Assembly (NCBI GenBank): GCA_043228905.1
Contig: JBHGNT010000004.1
Coordinates: 868,001-932,000, forward strand
DNA length: 64,000 nt
Source: Azolla caroliniana
Lineage: Eukaryota > Plantae > Polypodiophyta
Direction of reading: 5' to 3'
The notes under the pieces were generated by a model. The model made no database searches, was not told the origin of the DNA, and saw nothing but the letters and a program-made list of their open reading frames with translations. Shown here in pieces: positions 1 through 10,800 of the stretch. How positions within the stretch are numbered: position 1 is the stretch's first letter; each line of letters opens with the position of its first letter. The translations under genes were made by a program, and so were the position numbers.

Positions 1-1
1 G

Positions 2-3000
2 AAATTTTGCTTCTCCGACAACGGAGCATGTGCGTTGGTCGGCATCACCGGCCGAGAGAAAACCAAGACGGAGGGGAGACTTCGGGCGTGCGGAGTTCTC
101 GGCCCTGACGAAGAAATCAACGGAGCCGTGGAGGCAGTCTCCTTCGACGACACCTTGGGAATGCTGGGGAGGGTAGTCGAAGAAGACCTTATCGAGGACC
201 GGGCGATACCGGTATGTTCAGAAGAAATGTACGAAGTCATCGCGGACTTCGGTCGAGGGCTCGAGTCGGAACGGACGGCCCGAGTTAGCACCAAGTACAA
301 GACTGTGGACCGGAAGGTGAGGCCAGTTGCGGCGCCCCTACTGGAGGGCAGCGAATCCCGAATCAAAGGGGTTGCATCGGACCCCAGCTTACGGGATCCG
401 GCCTGCATAGGACACACCTTCACCAACGAGACGCTCCGTGAGCTGAAGATCGGTGGGGGCGGGTTCCTACTGCCAGCGGAGGAAGACCGGTTCCGGAGAA
501 TGCTCGGAAGGCACGGGAAAGCCTTCGCATTCTCACCGGAGGAAATCGGGTGCGTAGACCCGACGACCGTAGAGCCGATGGTGATATTCACGGTACCGCA
601 TGTACCGTGGAATCTCAAGCCAATTCTGGTTCCGAGAGCTCACATCCCGAAGTTGATGGAGCTGTTGAAGCAGAAAGTTGATATGGGCATTCTCAAGCCG
701 TCGAGCGCCCCGTACTCGAACCGGTGGTTTACCGTACCAAAGAAAAACGGATCGTTGCGCTTCATTCAGGACCTGCAACCGGTCAATAGGGTGACCATTC
801 GGAACGCAGGGATCGGACCGACCATAGATGAGTTCGCGGAGGCCTTCGCCGGAAGGTCGATTTACTCGGTCGGTGATCTATATTCAGGGTACGACAAGTT
901 CCAGCTAGCCGTGGAGAGCAGAGACATTACGACGATGCGAACTCCCCTCGGCCTAGTGCGGATGTGTACGCTGCCGCAAGGAGGGACCAACTCGGTGGCC
1001 CACATGGTGAATGCAATGAACAAGGTGCTGAGGGACTGCATCCCGGACATCACCATGCCGTTTCTAGACGACATCCCGATCAAGGGATGCCCGGTAGAAG
1101 AGAAGGACGAGACGATCGGGCCGGACGGATGCCGGCGATTCGTGGTAACGCACATCGACGACTGCGAGAAGGTGCTGCAAAGGCTAGAGGATGCGAGGCT
1201 AACCTTCTCGGGGGAGAAATCAGCCTTCGGGCAGTCGGAAATCATGGTGGTCGGACACTTATGTGGGCCGTATGGCCGGAAACCGTCTCCGGCAAAGGTA
1301 GAAGCCATCTCCGCGATGAAGCCCGACTGCAGCTCGGTCACGGAAGTACGAAGATTCCTGGGGGCATGCGCATTCTACCACATATGGATCCCGCATTACG
1401 CGCACGTCGCGGAGCCGCTGTACGGGTTATTGAAGAAAGGGCGAAGATTCGAATGGCTAGACAAGCACACGGAGTCGGTCCGGAAGCTGAAGGAGGCTCT
1501 TTCGGCAGCACCGGCGCTCCGAAAGGCCGTCTACAGGAAGGGCACCCCAGTGTACATAACGGTTGACACGAGTCCGACGGGAATCGGGTGGGTCGTCAAC
1601 CAAGAAGATGAGGACGGCAATCGGTTTCCGGTCCGATTCGGTGCGAAGGTCCTCAGCGAACGGCAGCGAGGATACGCCCAGGTTAAACGCGAGCTCTGGG
1701 GTATCGTTTCGGCGGTAAAGGCCGACAAGGACTATCTGATCGGGACAGAGGTAATTATAGAGACGGATTGCATGCCGATTCTCGGCATGATTTCCGGATG
1801 CGCGACGCCGGACCTGGCAATGCTCAGGTGGATAGCGTACATCAAGTCCCTGGACCCGGAAATACGACACATTTCCGGGAAAGACAACGCCATGGCCGAC
1901 ATGCTTTCAAGGGCAAGATTCGATGACGAGGGCGGCATGGTTTCGGAGGACGAAGACGTCGGCGTGGACTTCTTCGAGACTGCGTATGTAACAACCGACG
2001 GAACAAGCACTCCGGCGCTTAACGACTTCGACGCGAGCAAGTACGACGGGGAGTGGCTGCAGATCGGTGGGTTTCTGAAGACAATGACGCCCGATGCGTC
2101 ATGGACGAAGGACGAGGCCAACCGGATCCGGAAGAAAGCGTACCGGTTCTTTCTCCGGGATGGCTATCTATGGAAGCACCCGAAGAAGAAGGACGGCGTT
2201 CCGCTCCGGGTGGTGGCGATGAAGGAAGAACAGGAGGAGCTGCTGACGGCCTACCACGACAGCCCTTGGGCTGGACACCGTGGAACATGGGCTACGTTTG
2301 AGAAACTAAAGGGGAAGTATTGGTGGCCGGGGCAGTACGAGGACGTGCATCGGTTCGTGACAACTTGCGAGAGCTGCCAGATGCACTCCGTAGTCCGACA
2401 TCGAGACGAGCTTCACCCTACGTACCCTCCGGCCATCCATTTCAAATGGATGGTAGATCTAGTAACGATGCCAATGGGAGTAGGACAGATGCGGTACCTG
2501 GTCCTAGCGCGGGAGGATCTGACGAACCAGGTGGAAGGCCGGGCCCTTCCGAACAAAACGACCGCGGTCGTATGCCGGTTCCTAATCGAGGACGTGATAT
2601 GCCGGTACGGGTGCGTCGGGAAGATCGTGGCTGACCGAGGGGAGTTGGACGCCGAAGAAGCCGCGGAGCTGTTCGACCGGCTGGGAGTCAAGCTCTCGCT
2701 CACCACTGCGTACAATCCGGAGGCGAATGGAAAGGTGGAGCGAGGACACGGACCGATCGTCAAGGCGTTGGTTCGGGCATGCGGAGGCCGAGTCGGTGAC
2801 TGGCCGCGGCTGCTACCTTATGCTTTGTGGGCAGACCGGACCACGCACAGTTCGGTAACCGGGTACATGCCGACAGAGCTCATGTTCGGCCAGAAGCCGA
2901 TCATGCCGATGGAACGGACGATCTCCTCGTGGGCAACGGTCGACTGGAGGGACGAGATGAGCCGGGAGGAGTTGTTGGCCGCGCGCATACGACAGCTCGA

Positions 3001-3391
3001 GCGGAGACCGGAGGACGTGGAACTGGCTATGGAGAAGCTCCGAGTAGCGAGGAAAAAGAACAAAGCCAGGTTCGACCGAACGCACCGGCTCCGACCGAAG
3101 AAAATCGAAGAAGGTGACTGGGTGCTCGTCTACGATAGCAGCCTCGACAACCAGCACCGAGCTACACGGAAGTTCGCACGAAGGTGGTTCGGGCCTTACG
3201 TGGTACAGAGGGCCAATGACAACGGGACATACCACCTGGCGGAACTCGACGGCACGAGAATGACGATACCGGTTGCAGGGAAGCGGATCAAAGCGTTCAA
3301 GAAGCGACACGACGACGAGCCAGACCCGGCTCTCCTGGTCGTCAGTGACGAACGATCCGAAAACGAGGATGAACCGACGGGCGAGGAATGA
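2..3391 (+). CDS. pol: Ty3/Gypsy pol polyprotein (RT, RNase H, integrase), intact, 5'-truncated by the window edge
   Basis: Frame is open from base 2 to TGA at 3391. RT: YSNRWFTVPKKNGSLRFIQDLQPVN, DLYSGYDKF, LPQGGTNS, PFLDDIPIKG. RNase H: VDTS...KRELWGI...ETDC...NAMADMLSR. Integrase HHCC: HDSPWAGH...CESC. Catalytic core: VDLV / ADRG / VERGH. C-terminal GPY/F motif WFGPYVV. Order RT-RH-INT indicates Gypsy. No chromodomain seen. Confidence 0.96.
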   Translation, partial: KFCFSDNGACALVGITGREKTKTEGRLRACGVLGPDEEINGAVEAVSFDDTLGMLGRVVEEDLIEDRAIPVCSEEMYEVIADFGRGLESERTARVSTKYKTVDRKVRPVAAPLLEGSESRIKGVASDPSLRDPACIGHTFTNETLRELKIGGGGFLLPAEEDRFRRMLGRHGKAFAFSPEEIGCVDPTTVEPMVIFTVPHVPWNLKPILVPRAHIPKLMELLKQKVDMGILKPSSAPYSNRWFTVPKKNGSLRFIQDLQPVNRVTIRNAGIGPTIDEFAEAFAGRSIYSVGDLYSGYDKFQLAVESRDITTMRTPLGLVRMCTLPQGGTNSVAHMVNAMNKVLRDCIPDITMPFLDDIPIKGCPVEEKDETIGPDGCRRFVVTHIDDCEKVLQRLEDARLTFSGEKSAFGQSEIMVVGHLCGPYGRKPSPAKVEAISAMKPDCSSVTEVRRFLGACAFYHIWIPHYAHVAEPLYGLLKKGRRFEWLDKHTESVRKLKEALSAAPALRKAVYRKGTPVYITVDTSPTGIGWVVNQEDEDGNRFPVRFGAKVLSERQRGYAQVKRELWGIVSAVKADKDYLIGTEVIIETDCMPILGMISGCATPDLAMLRWIAYIKSLDPEIRHISGKDNAMADMLSRARFDDEGGMVSEDEDVGVDFFETAYVTTDGTSTPALNDFDASKYDGEWLQIGGFLKTMTPDASWTKDEANRIRKKAYRFFLRDGYLWKHPKKKDGVPLRVVAMKEEQEELLTAYHDSPWAGHRGTWATFEKLKGKYWWPGQYEDVHRFVTTCESCQMHSVVRHRDELHPTYPPAIHFKWMVDLVTMPMGVGQMRYLVLAREDLTNQVEGRALPNKTTAVVCRFLIEDVICRYGCVGKIVADRGELDAEEAAELFDRLGVKLSLTTAYNPEANGKVERGHGPIVKALVRACGGRVGDWPRLLPYALWADRTTHSSVTGYMPTELMFGQKPIMPMERTISSWATVDWRDEMSREELLAARIRQLERRPEDVELAMEKLRVARKKNKARFDRTHRLRPKKIEEGDWVLVYDSSLDNQHRATRKFARRWFGPYVVQRANDNGTYHLAELDGTRMTIPVAGKRIKAFKKRHDDEPDPALLVVSDERSENEDEPTGEE

Positions 3392-3462
3392 AGACGGGCC
3401 GGTTTTCTCAGTCCCAACTCTCTTGGCGCATACCGGAGGATGCGCGGTTAGGTGGGGGCGGA

Positions 3463-4241
3463 TGTCGTGAAGAAAACCGTCCATAGGCGGAATCGGCGCA
3501 CCTAGGCGTGGGAACCGGTTCTTCACGCGCGCAAGCTCCAAGTAGTACGAAGAAGCGAGTTAGGGGGATAATCGGCAGGAATGGGCCCTAACATAGGTGG
3601 AGACAAAGACCGCGCGAACAGTCTTTTCGGTGGCGCGCGCGAGCTAAGGGACGGCACGAGTAGGCGGCGTAACTACGCGGATGCGCGAAGAACGGAGCGG
3701 ATCCCTGTTCGAAAGGGACAGGGAATAAAGATGACAGGACGGCCTGCTCGTCGGGCTATATAAGAGCAGGAAAGAGCTGTTGCAGAGGGATCTCGGACGG
3801 AGAGGACGAAGTGCTGTCGGACCGTTTCTGGACGCTTCTCTCTCTCTGTTTCCTTCCTTCTTGAGCTCCATAGCTTTCTGTGCAGGGTTCCGAGGAGGCT
3901 CGCGCTGTTTCGAGGAACGCCCGAGTGCTTCCGGCAGCCCCTTTGTGCGTCGAAGTGAACAGGCATCGGCATCTGTTCGCCGGCCTGTTCGGTTGTAACC
4001 AACCTGTGCCCCGTCGAGGGTTGTAGTCGTGATTAGCCATTTTCTTAATATACATATTAAGTCATTCACATCTGTCTGTGTCGGTCTCTGTTCGCGTTCT
4101 CCGTGCTGAAGGGCCGTGTCCCTGTGTATCCCCGGTCCCGCGTAGCCGGTTCTCTCTCTTTCTCCTCCCTCGCTTGCTCTTTGGTTCGAGACCCCCGCGG
4201 TCCCGCCTCGATTCCACACGCACTTGCTTAATATCTCGACA
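3463..4241 (+). mobile_element. 3' LTR (about 779 bp) of the young Gypsy element
   Basis: Purine-rich tract GGTTAGGTGGGGGCGGA ends at 3462 and is followed directly by TGTCG. The LTR ends in the inverted CGACA at 4237-4241. TATATAA at 3757-3763. Composition drops from GC-rich to AT-rich after 4241. Confidence 0.85.
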
Positions 4242-4647
4242 CCGTGTTGATGAGCAACTTGTAAATGGTCGAAAGGTTACATTAGTATATAAGTACTTAG
4301 GGCAATCATGTTAGATGTGCGCGTTATTTGCAAAGTTACTGTTGACGAGGTTGTTGCCTCTGTAACGGTGAGAGTGAACGAGTGTGAGTGGAAGTGTATG
4401 ACCTCCATAGCCGCCTGTTGGCGAAGCAGAATCTCGAGGTTGTTGCCTCTGAGATCTCTGATTGTATTCCTTTCTCTCATAGTGTTCTGTTTCAGAGTTT
4501 GTGGACTCCACGTGGTTTTTTCCTAGTTCGGGTTTCCATGTCAAAATCTGTGTCATTCTTAGTTTTTGTATTCTGTTTTCCCTTTCCATTAGATTGACTA
4601 TTATTCCGCACACGAGAAACCGGTCGTGGCCGACAACGATTTTAACT
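4242..4647 (+). mobile_element. Remnant (3' part) of a second, probably Copia-type LTR interrupted by the young Gypsy
   Basis: Non-coding segment with TATATAA near 4288 and a U5-like stretch (GGGTTTCCATGTCAAAATCTGTGTC...TTCCGC...ATTTTAAC) of the kind seen in plant Copia LTRs. It ends exactly where a Gypsy RNase H reading frame resumes (SLTKAEQNY at 4648). Confidence 0.5.
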
Positions 4648-6033
4648 TCACTTACCAAAGCCGAACAAAATTACTCAACAACCGAAAAAGAGTTGCTCGC
4701 CATCGTCTGGGCATTCCATCATTTCCACCCATACCTACACGGATCAAATACATCAGTCGAAACCGACCATCAGCCATTGCTCTCCCTCATAAAGAAGGCT
4801 CATCCACCCGATCGTTTACTCCGTTGGGCTTTTGCGCTACAAGATTACACATTCACTATGCGCTATCGCCGTGGTCCCCAGAACATCGTCGCCGATGGAT
4901 TATCCCGCATATCCTTTCAGGTGAACCAGATCGCCTCTGACACAATCGATTTCACCATATCCTCGTCCCAAATGGCCAACATGCAACAACACAACAAAAA
5001 CATATGCCACTGCCTACGAGCCAAGCCCACATCATCCCTCACCAAGCAATTCATGATCTAGGGTAATGTCCTACTTTTTGGTCAAGTAGGCAAGGAACCC
5101 CGGGTCTACGTGCCTGAGCAACTGCGCCCGTCTTACCTTCGTTTCTTCCATGATCACCCGTTGTCCGGCCAATTGGGTTTTCATAAGGTGCTAGAAAAAA
5201 TCCGTTGCAAATTCTATTGGCCAGGGCTACACCACGAGGTCGCCCCCTACATCAAAGCATGCAACTTGTGTCAGGCCATCAAATCACCTCAAGTGGCTCA
5301 AGGCCTCTTACATCCAATACAAGTTCAAGCTCCATTTGAAATCGTTAGATGGGACATTATGGGCCCCTTTCCCGAGTCACAAGAAGGGAACAAATTCATC
5401 CTCGTCATAACCGAGTACTTGACGCGTTGGGCTAAGACGACAACTATCCCAGATGCCAAGGCTGTGACCATCGCCTCCAAACTATTGGAGAAAATCATCT
5501 TCCCCCACGGTTGCCCACTCCAAATCTTGTCCGATCGAGGACCCCCGTTCAACAACGAGGTCCTATGCCTAGTTTCTACACAATTAGTAATCCAACAATT
5601 ATTCACGTCACCCTACCATCCGCAGACGAATGGATTGACGAAGCGCCTTAATCGAACCTTAAAACAACAAATCTCGGCCTACATCGATCCACTGCACTCG
5701 ACTTGGGACCGGATCTTGCCCTTCGTTACGCATGCCTACAACACAACTATGCAAGTCTCCACTTGCATTAGCCCATTTCGGGCCCTTTACGAAAGGGACC
5801 CGTGCTTACCCCCAGAAGTGGCAATCACACAACTCCACTTTGACGTCGTGTCCTGGTGGTCCCACCTGCAACAACTCCAGCCCCTCCTCCGCAAAGCCAT
5901 CACGAGCAACCTGCACCAAGCACAACTACCATCGCCCCCGTCCCCGCTCATGCCCACGCCCCCGCCCACGCCCATGTCATCCCCCCACCTAGAACTGTCG
6001 TCCACGCCCCGTGACGATCCGATCGCACAATAA
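4648..6033 (+). pseudogene. Degenerate Ty3/Gypsy pol (RNase H and integrase) of an older short-LTR family
   Basis: RNase H: SLTKAEQNYSTTEKELLAIVWA...VETDHQPL...NIVADGLSR. In-frame TAG at 5059-5061. The same frame then gives an integrase with a damaged zinc finger (HDHPLSGQLG, H>Q), WDIMGP, SDRG and TSPYHPQTNGLTKRLN (catalytic E>K). Confidence 0.9.
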
Positions 6034-6054
6034 CTTTTTTTTACAAGGGGGAAC

Positions 6055-6228
6055 TGTGGCGGTCACATGGACCACACCCAAATTAGGCCACCCAAATGAG
6101 GCCCCTACCAAGCCCCCATAATTAGAAGAGCTAATTGGAGCGGGAGAACACCCTCCACGCTAAGAGTAGTCTATAAAATGTAACTTAGAACGTAATGGAA
6201 AGGGAGCTATTCTTGAGAGCATTTCACA
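6055..6228 (+). mobile_element. Short 3' LTR (about 174 bp) of the older Gypsy
   Basis: PPT AAGGGGGAAC is followed by TGTGG...GCATTTCACA (TGTG/CACA termini). TATAAAA near 6172. Termini match those of the LTRs at 51751-51957 and 53170-53329. Confidence 0.75.
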
Positions 6229-6853
6229 ATGGACTTGTTTTTTTTATTAGCTTCATTGTTCTTTTATGCCATGGTTTATCCATCTAAAACTGTCTTGCTC
6301 AAATACAATTTACCCTCTACACACATTATTGTATCAAAATTCAGTCTTCCCCTAGGTTGATTTAATTTGTCCATTATAACTTGCATCTTACTTGATGCCC
6401 TTTCCCACATGGCACCTATACTGTATTTTGAAACTACATATGAGTTGCAAGTTGCAACCATGAAAGTGAGCCACTTTGGCATGCTTAATATGTATAGTAT
6501 GCACACAAACACACTTTCTTCAAGTAAACATTATTTTACTAGCAAGAAGCTTCAATGGTGAGGTGTTAAATTTGTAAAAAATCTGAATAAAGAAAACTTA
6601 GTATGTTAACATCGCTATCCATGAGCAAAGAACAATCTAGATAGAGAGAGATAGAGAAAAAGTATATATATATATTATACATATATGCTAGTTCATTATT
6701 TTCTAGATATGGCAAGAATAAAAGGGTTGGTCATGTGAACAAGTTTGATACATGTTAGAAATAGGTTAAACATAATGGGATTGGTTGCACCATATCAATA
6801 ATTTCCATAATCCCAAAATCTTACCCATGTAGAAAAACATGCTATCGGCTTAA

Positions 6854-7459
6854 GTGCTTGAGGTATGCAATCAATTAAACAAAAACTTTCCGGATGTTCG
6901 TGAAAGTAATGCCAATAGGAAGGATCAAGGTTTTCATTTCCAACAAGGTGTGGATGTGGCAGGACGCCATATTTTGAAGAATGTTTTGCATGCTATGGGT
7001 CTCCGAAGTTGTGTGAGCATACAAGTGGTTCATTGTCTTAATGCATATGGGGTAGTTTTAGAATCACAACCAGGTTGGAAGCTTGTTTACTTAGGAGATA
7101 CAAGACCTTGTGAAGCAATGGTTGAAGCTTCGATTGGAGCTACGATTTTAATACATGAGGCAACTTTTGATGATAGCATGCCTGTTGGAGTGATCATGAA
7201 AAATCATAGTACGACAAAAGAAGAAATAGAAGCTGCAAAATTGGTTGGAGTGTATCGAGTCATTCTCACACATTTCAGTCAACGTTACCCAAAAATTCCT
7301 ATTTTGAGTGACAACTATACAAGCCATACTTGTATTGCACTCGATATAATGAGTGTAAACTTGGTGGATTTGCCGTTAGTACCAAGGCTACTACTTGCCT
7401 TCAAAACACTTTTCAAAGATGAAATGTTATTGGACGATGATGTAGAAATGGTTGCTTGA
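6854..7459 (+). pseudogene. tRNase Z (long form, ELAC2/TRZ-like) C-terminal fragment, probably non-functional
   Basis: Motifs VVHCLNAYG, GWKLVYLGDTRPC, GATILIHEATFDD (HEAT), KNHST and LTHFSQRYPKIP. The HxHxDH motif, the N-terminal half and an ATG start are absent. Apparent S>L and A>V changes relative to the family consensus. Confidence 0.85.
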
Positions 7460-7726
7460 AATAAAAGCAACCTGGGGTTGAAGGGAATAGAAGGATATTA
7501 AAATGATCCAAGAAAAGGCGTTCATATGACCAGATTGAATGAATGAGTCCTTTAGAAGAAGATTTGCAAAGTCCTTTATAATGAAGGCATGTTGAAGGTA
7601 AAGAGTTCTTCAAGATATCTAGGCCATTAAAGAATCTTTGCGGGTTTTCCAAAGACATTCCATCTAGATCTTAGGAGAAAAAATGAGGATTTTTTCTCAC
7701 TTCATGCAGGTCTCCATTTATCACAC

Positions 7727-7895
7727 ATGATTCGAGGAGATATGGTACAACGCCTGCCATGTTATTGGATTATATTGAGCAGGATAAAAATGAGGATGCT
7801 ATACAACTCTATCCTTGAATGCTTGTGCAAGGTCTCTAACTACTATGATGACATTTTCTAGCATGTTGAAAGCATGTGGCAACATGGGAGAATTG
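7727..7895 (+). pseudogene. PLS-class pentatricopeptide repeat (PPR) fragment
   Basis: Manual translation gives MIRGDMVQR / AMLLDYIEQDKNEDAIQLYP*MLVQGL* / MTFSSMLKACGNMGEL. This resembles P- and L-type PPR helices (AMI..Y.Q.G..EEAL.L...M...G..P..VTF.S.LKACG..G.L) with stops and frameshifts. Confidence 0.6.
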
Positions 7896-10800
7896 GTAGT
7901 CATATTGAAATCAAATTAGATGTTGAGATGGATCTTAGTTAAATGAAGGATCCATGGCTAGCCATTGGGATAGTCCTTTTTCTCTCATTTTCCATCTATT
8001 TTGTAGTTTGTACCTGAAAGGTTTCTTGAAAACTAATGGAAGGATATTTTGTTTTGAAAAAAAAATAAAAATAAAAATAAAACATAAACTTTTCAAACTT
8101 AATGAGATGGAAATGATACTGAAAAATCACATGTGATTTATAGAAGATGTGTTGTTATTTATAGATGGACACCATAACATATAATATGTTGCTTTATTAG
8201 GACATCCACACTTCCTATCAAGAAAGGGTAATCTTTCAAGATAGTTCCAATATTTAGGTAGATAGTATTTCAAGCACAACCAAAGGAACGCTCCCATATT
8301 GTATGTAACTTGTTACCACAAAAAACCAATGTTTGATACAAGTTGCAAACGGCATTGCACAGTGCATTAACACAAGGTGTGAATTGTAGGCAAAACAAAT
8401 GTTATTTCCTCGAAAGAGTCACCAGGAGACCATTATGAAGAGAGAAAGAGATGTCAAATCTCACATGAGTTTCTTCCTCTTAGCCTTTGGATGGCTTGAC
8501 ATATAAGCCTATGATGTGCACCCAATCCATGTCTTCATTTGGCTTCCAAGAATATTAAAATGCTTTCATAAATCTTGATCACAACTTGAATAGTACAATT
8601 TTTTTCGATAGAAAATATGCGTTATGTAGTAAAAATAGGGCGAGAGGCTCTTGAAACAATGCAATACTCTAATGAATGCTTTCAAGGCTTACGGAATTTC
8701 CTTGATTAATGTACTATCCGCCATTAAACATGCAACGACCATGTATGTATATAACTTCCATCATGTCAATCCTTTGTACATGCTTTCCATACTAGGGGAT
8801 ATCTAAGATGTCTTATCAACTGATTTGATTTGAGATGAATAAATTCCATGCCTCAATATCTAACTAAAGGGGTTTCGACTGATCATACTTCTATTCGAAC
8901 AACCAATTCAAGCAAAGAATTCCAAGAGCATAAATGATAGTTTGAAGATCATGAATGATTATTGTTTGGAGTATAAAAGGAATCATTTCCATATGCTTGA
9001 CTAGTAAAAGTTTTTCATCCTATTGGAATTTGTTGTCCTTGAATTATTGTTAAATGATTCAAAGTAGCAATTGCATATAAAGGAGCATTTAGGGGACAAC
9101 CTTTTCATAGGCTTTCCTAATGGCCTCGGGAATAATAACTTACTTATCACCTTCATGTAGCAAATGCATCATCTTTGTTAGTTTATCTTCAAAGCCTTGC
9201 TTTGGAATTGTTTAAGCTATACAATCCCATGACACAACTTCAACAACCTTTTGTATAACTCTTTGCATGAGCATACATCTTGAGTCGCGCATTTTGTATG
9301 TTTAATATCAGTCACATTTGCTATATTGTCAGTGATAAGCATTCGTTGTACACTCACACATAGACTATATAATTGATACTATAGGCACATGTGCATGTCA
9401 TTGATAAAAAAACCCTTAAGAGTACTATATTCATAAAGCACCATGGTCCTCTGAGGATGCATGTTTGCATGTCACACTTCTATTACTCACAAACCTTGAA
9501 AACAACAATTTTTAATACATATAACATTACTATTTGCAATAATTCTTTTACTTTCCTTCCTTCGGGTCTAGTTCTAGTCTCTGTCCCCCCTCCCCCCCTT
9601 CCTTTGCCTCTCTCACGTAGACACATTTCACATACATTATTGCGTATGTTGCACCAAACTACAAAACCATAGCCTTCTCTTAATGGGCAAACTTAACTCA
9701 CCTATATAGTCTGGTTGCAGTGGTCATATTTGACCTACGACAAACCACATGCATGTGTTAAATTTAGAAAATGGCATCCTGAGGGAAAGCATGTTGAGAT
9801 TTGTTGTGATTGAACTCTTATGAACCTATATTTGCACAATACAAACTTATTTGACTGCCACACCATCAAGCACATGAAGTATAATGTTTGTGTGGGTTGT
9901 CTTTCGTATATGCCTTCTCTACGTACTCTAGAGAATGCATACATAGGGCTTAAGAAATGGAGGAATTAAACTTGGAATGTTGAAATGGATAGGAAAGGGA
10001 ACATATGCTTGTAGAAGTAATATGTTGAATTGTGAATTGTAAAAGGGTGTCCTCATGATTGGACTACAAATGGAACCAAACGTTAATAAAGGGGGGGGAA
10101 ACTAAATAACCCAAATATGGGACGATCGTAGTCAATTCTCTTAGGAAAAAGTTACTTGGATGTGCAATGGAAACAAGGCTTGTTAGGGGAAAGATAATTG
10201 GATGTCTAATGAAAAACAACACTTGACATGGTAATGACCAATAACCAACCCACTATGGTATGTAGAGTGAGGTGGTGCACACACTCTATTGCATTAGAAA
10301 ACCCTATTCCTTGTTTTTTCCTTTCTTCATACAACCAAGTCTCTAAATTTAAAGAAATGCATGAACCTTATATGTTTTAGAACTAGATAATTAAATTTAA
10401 CTAATTGAATCAATAATGCTTTAGACAGTGGGCATTTTATGTATTTCTTTCTTCATTATCGTGGTCTATTGAGACATAAATCTCTCATTTTGTTGAATTC
10501 ATAAATTGTGCCATCGAAGGTCTATGGGCACACAATTGAGAGCAACAATGGAGCAAACTAGGCCTATGGTCTCCAAAAGTCTTTGAAATAAGAAATGTTT
10601 GTTCACATGTCGAGTTGCATGCCAACCGCATTATAGCCATGACTAGAAATTTGTTACTAATGAACTCCTTTGTTGACAGGCTTACGAATGTTAGACATCA
10701 TTTGAATAATTTATAAATTGCGCCTTTAGTTGGATTCACCCCAAGTTCAAAGGTGGAAAAGATCCATTCAATGTAGATGAAGAAAGAATCAATCCTTTTT

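Noticed and set aside
533-4480. Many overlapping alternative-frame and antisense ORFs over the Gypsy pol and LTR (e.g. 964-1566, 2813-3541, 3644-4219)
   Set aside because: Expected by-product of high GC and few stop codons. No domain motifs, and the region is explained by pol and the LTR.
4501-4647. N-terminal part of ORF 4501-5061
   Set aside because: Chance read-through from the LTR remnant. Real RNase H similarity starts at 4648.
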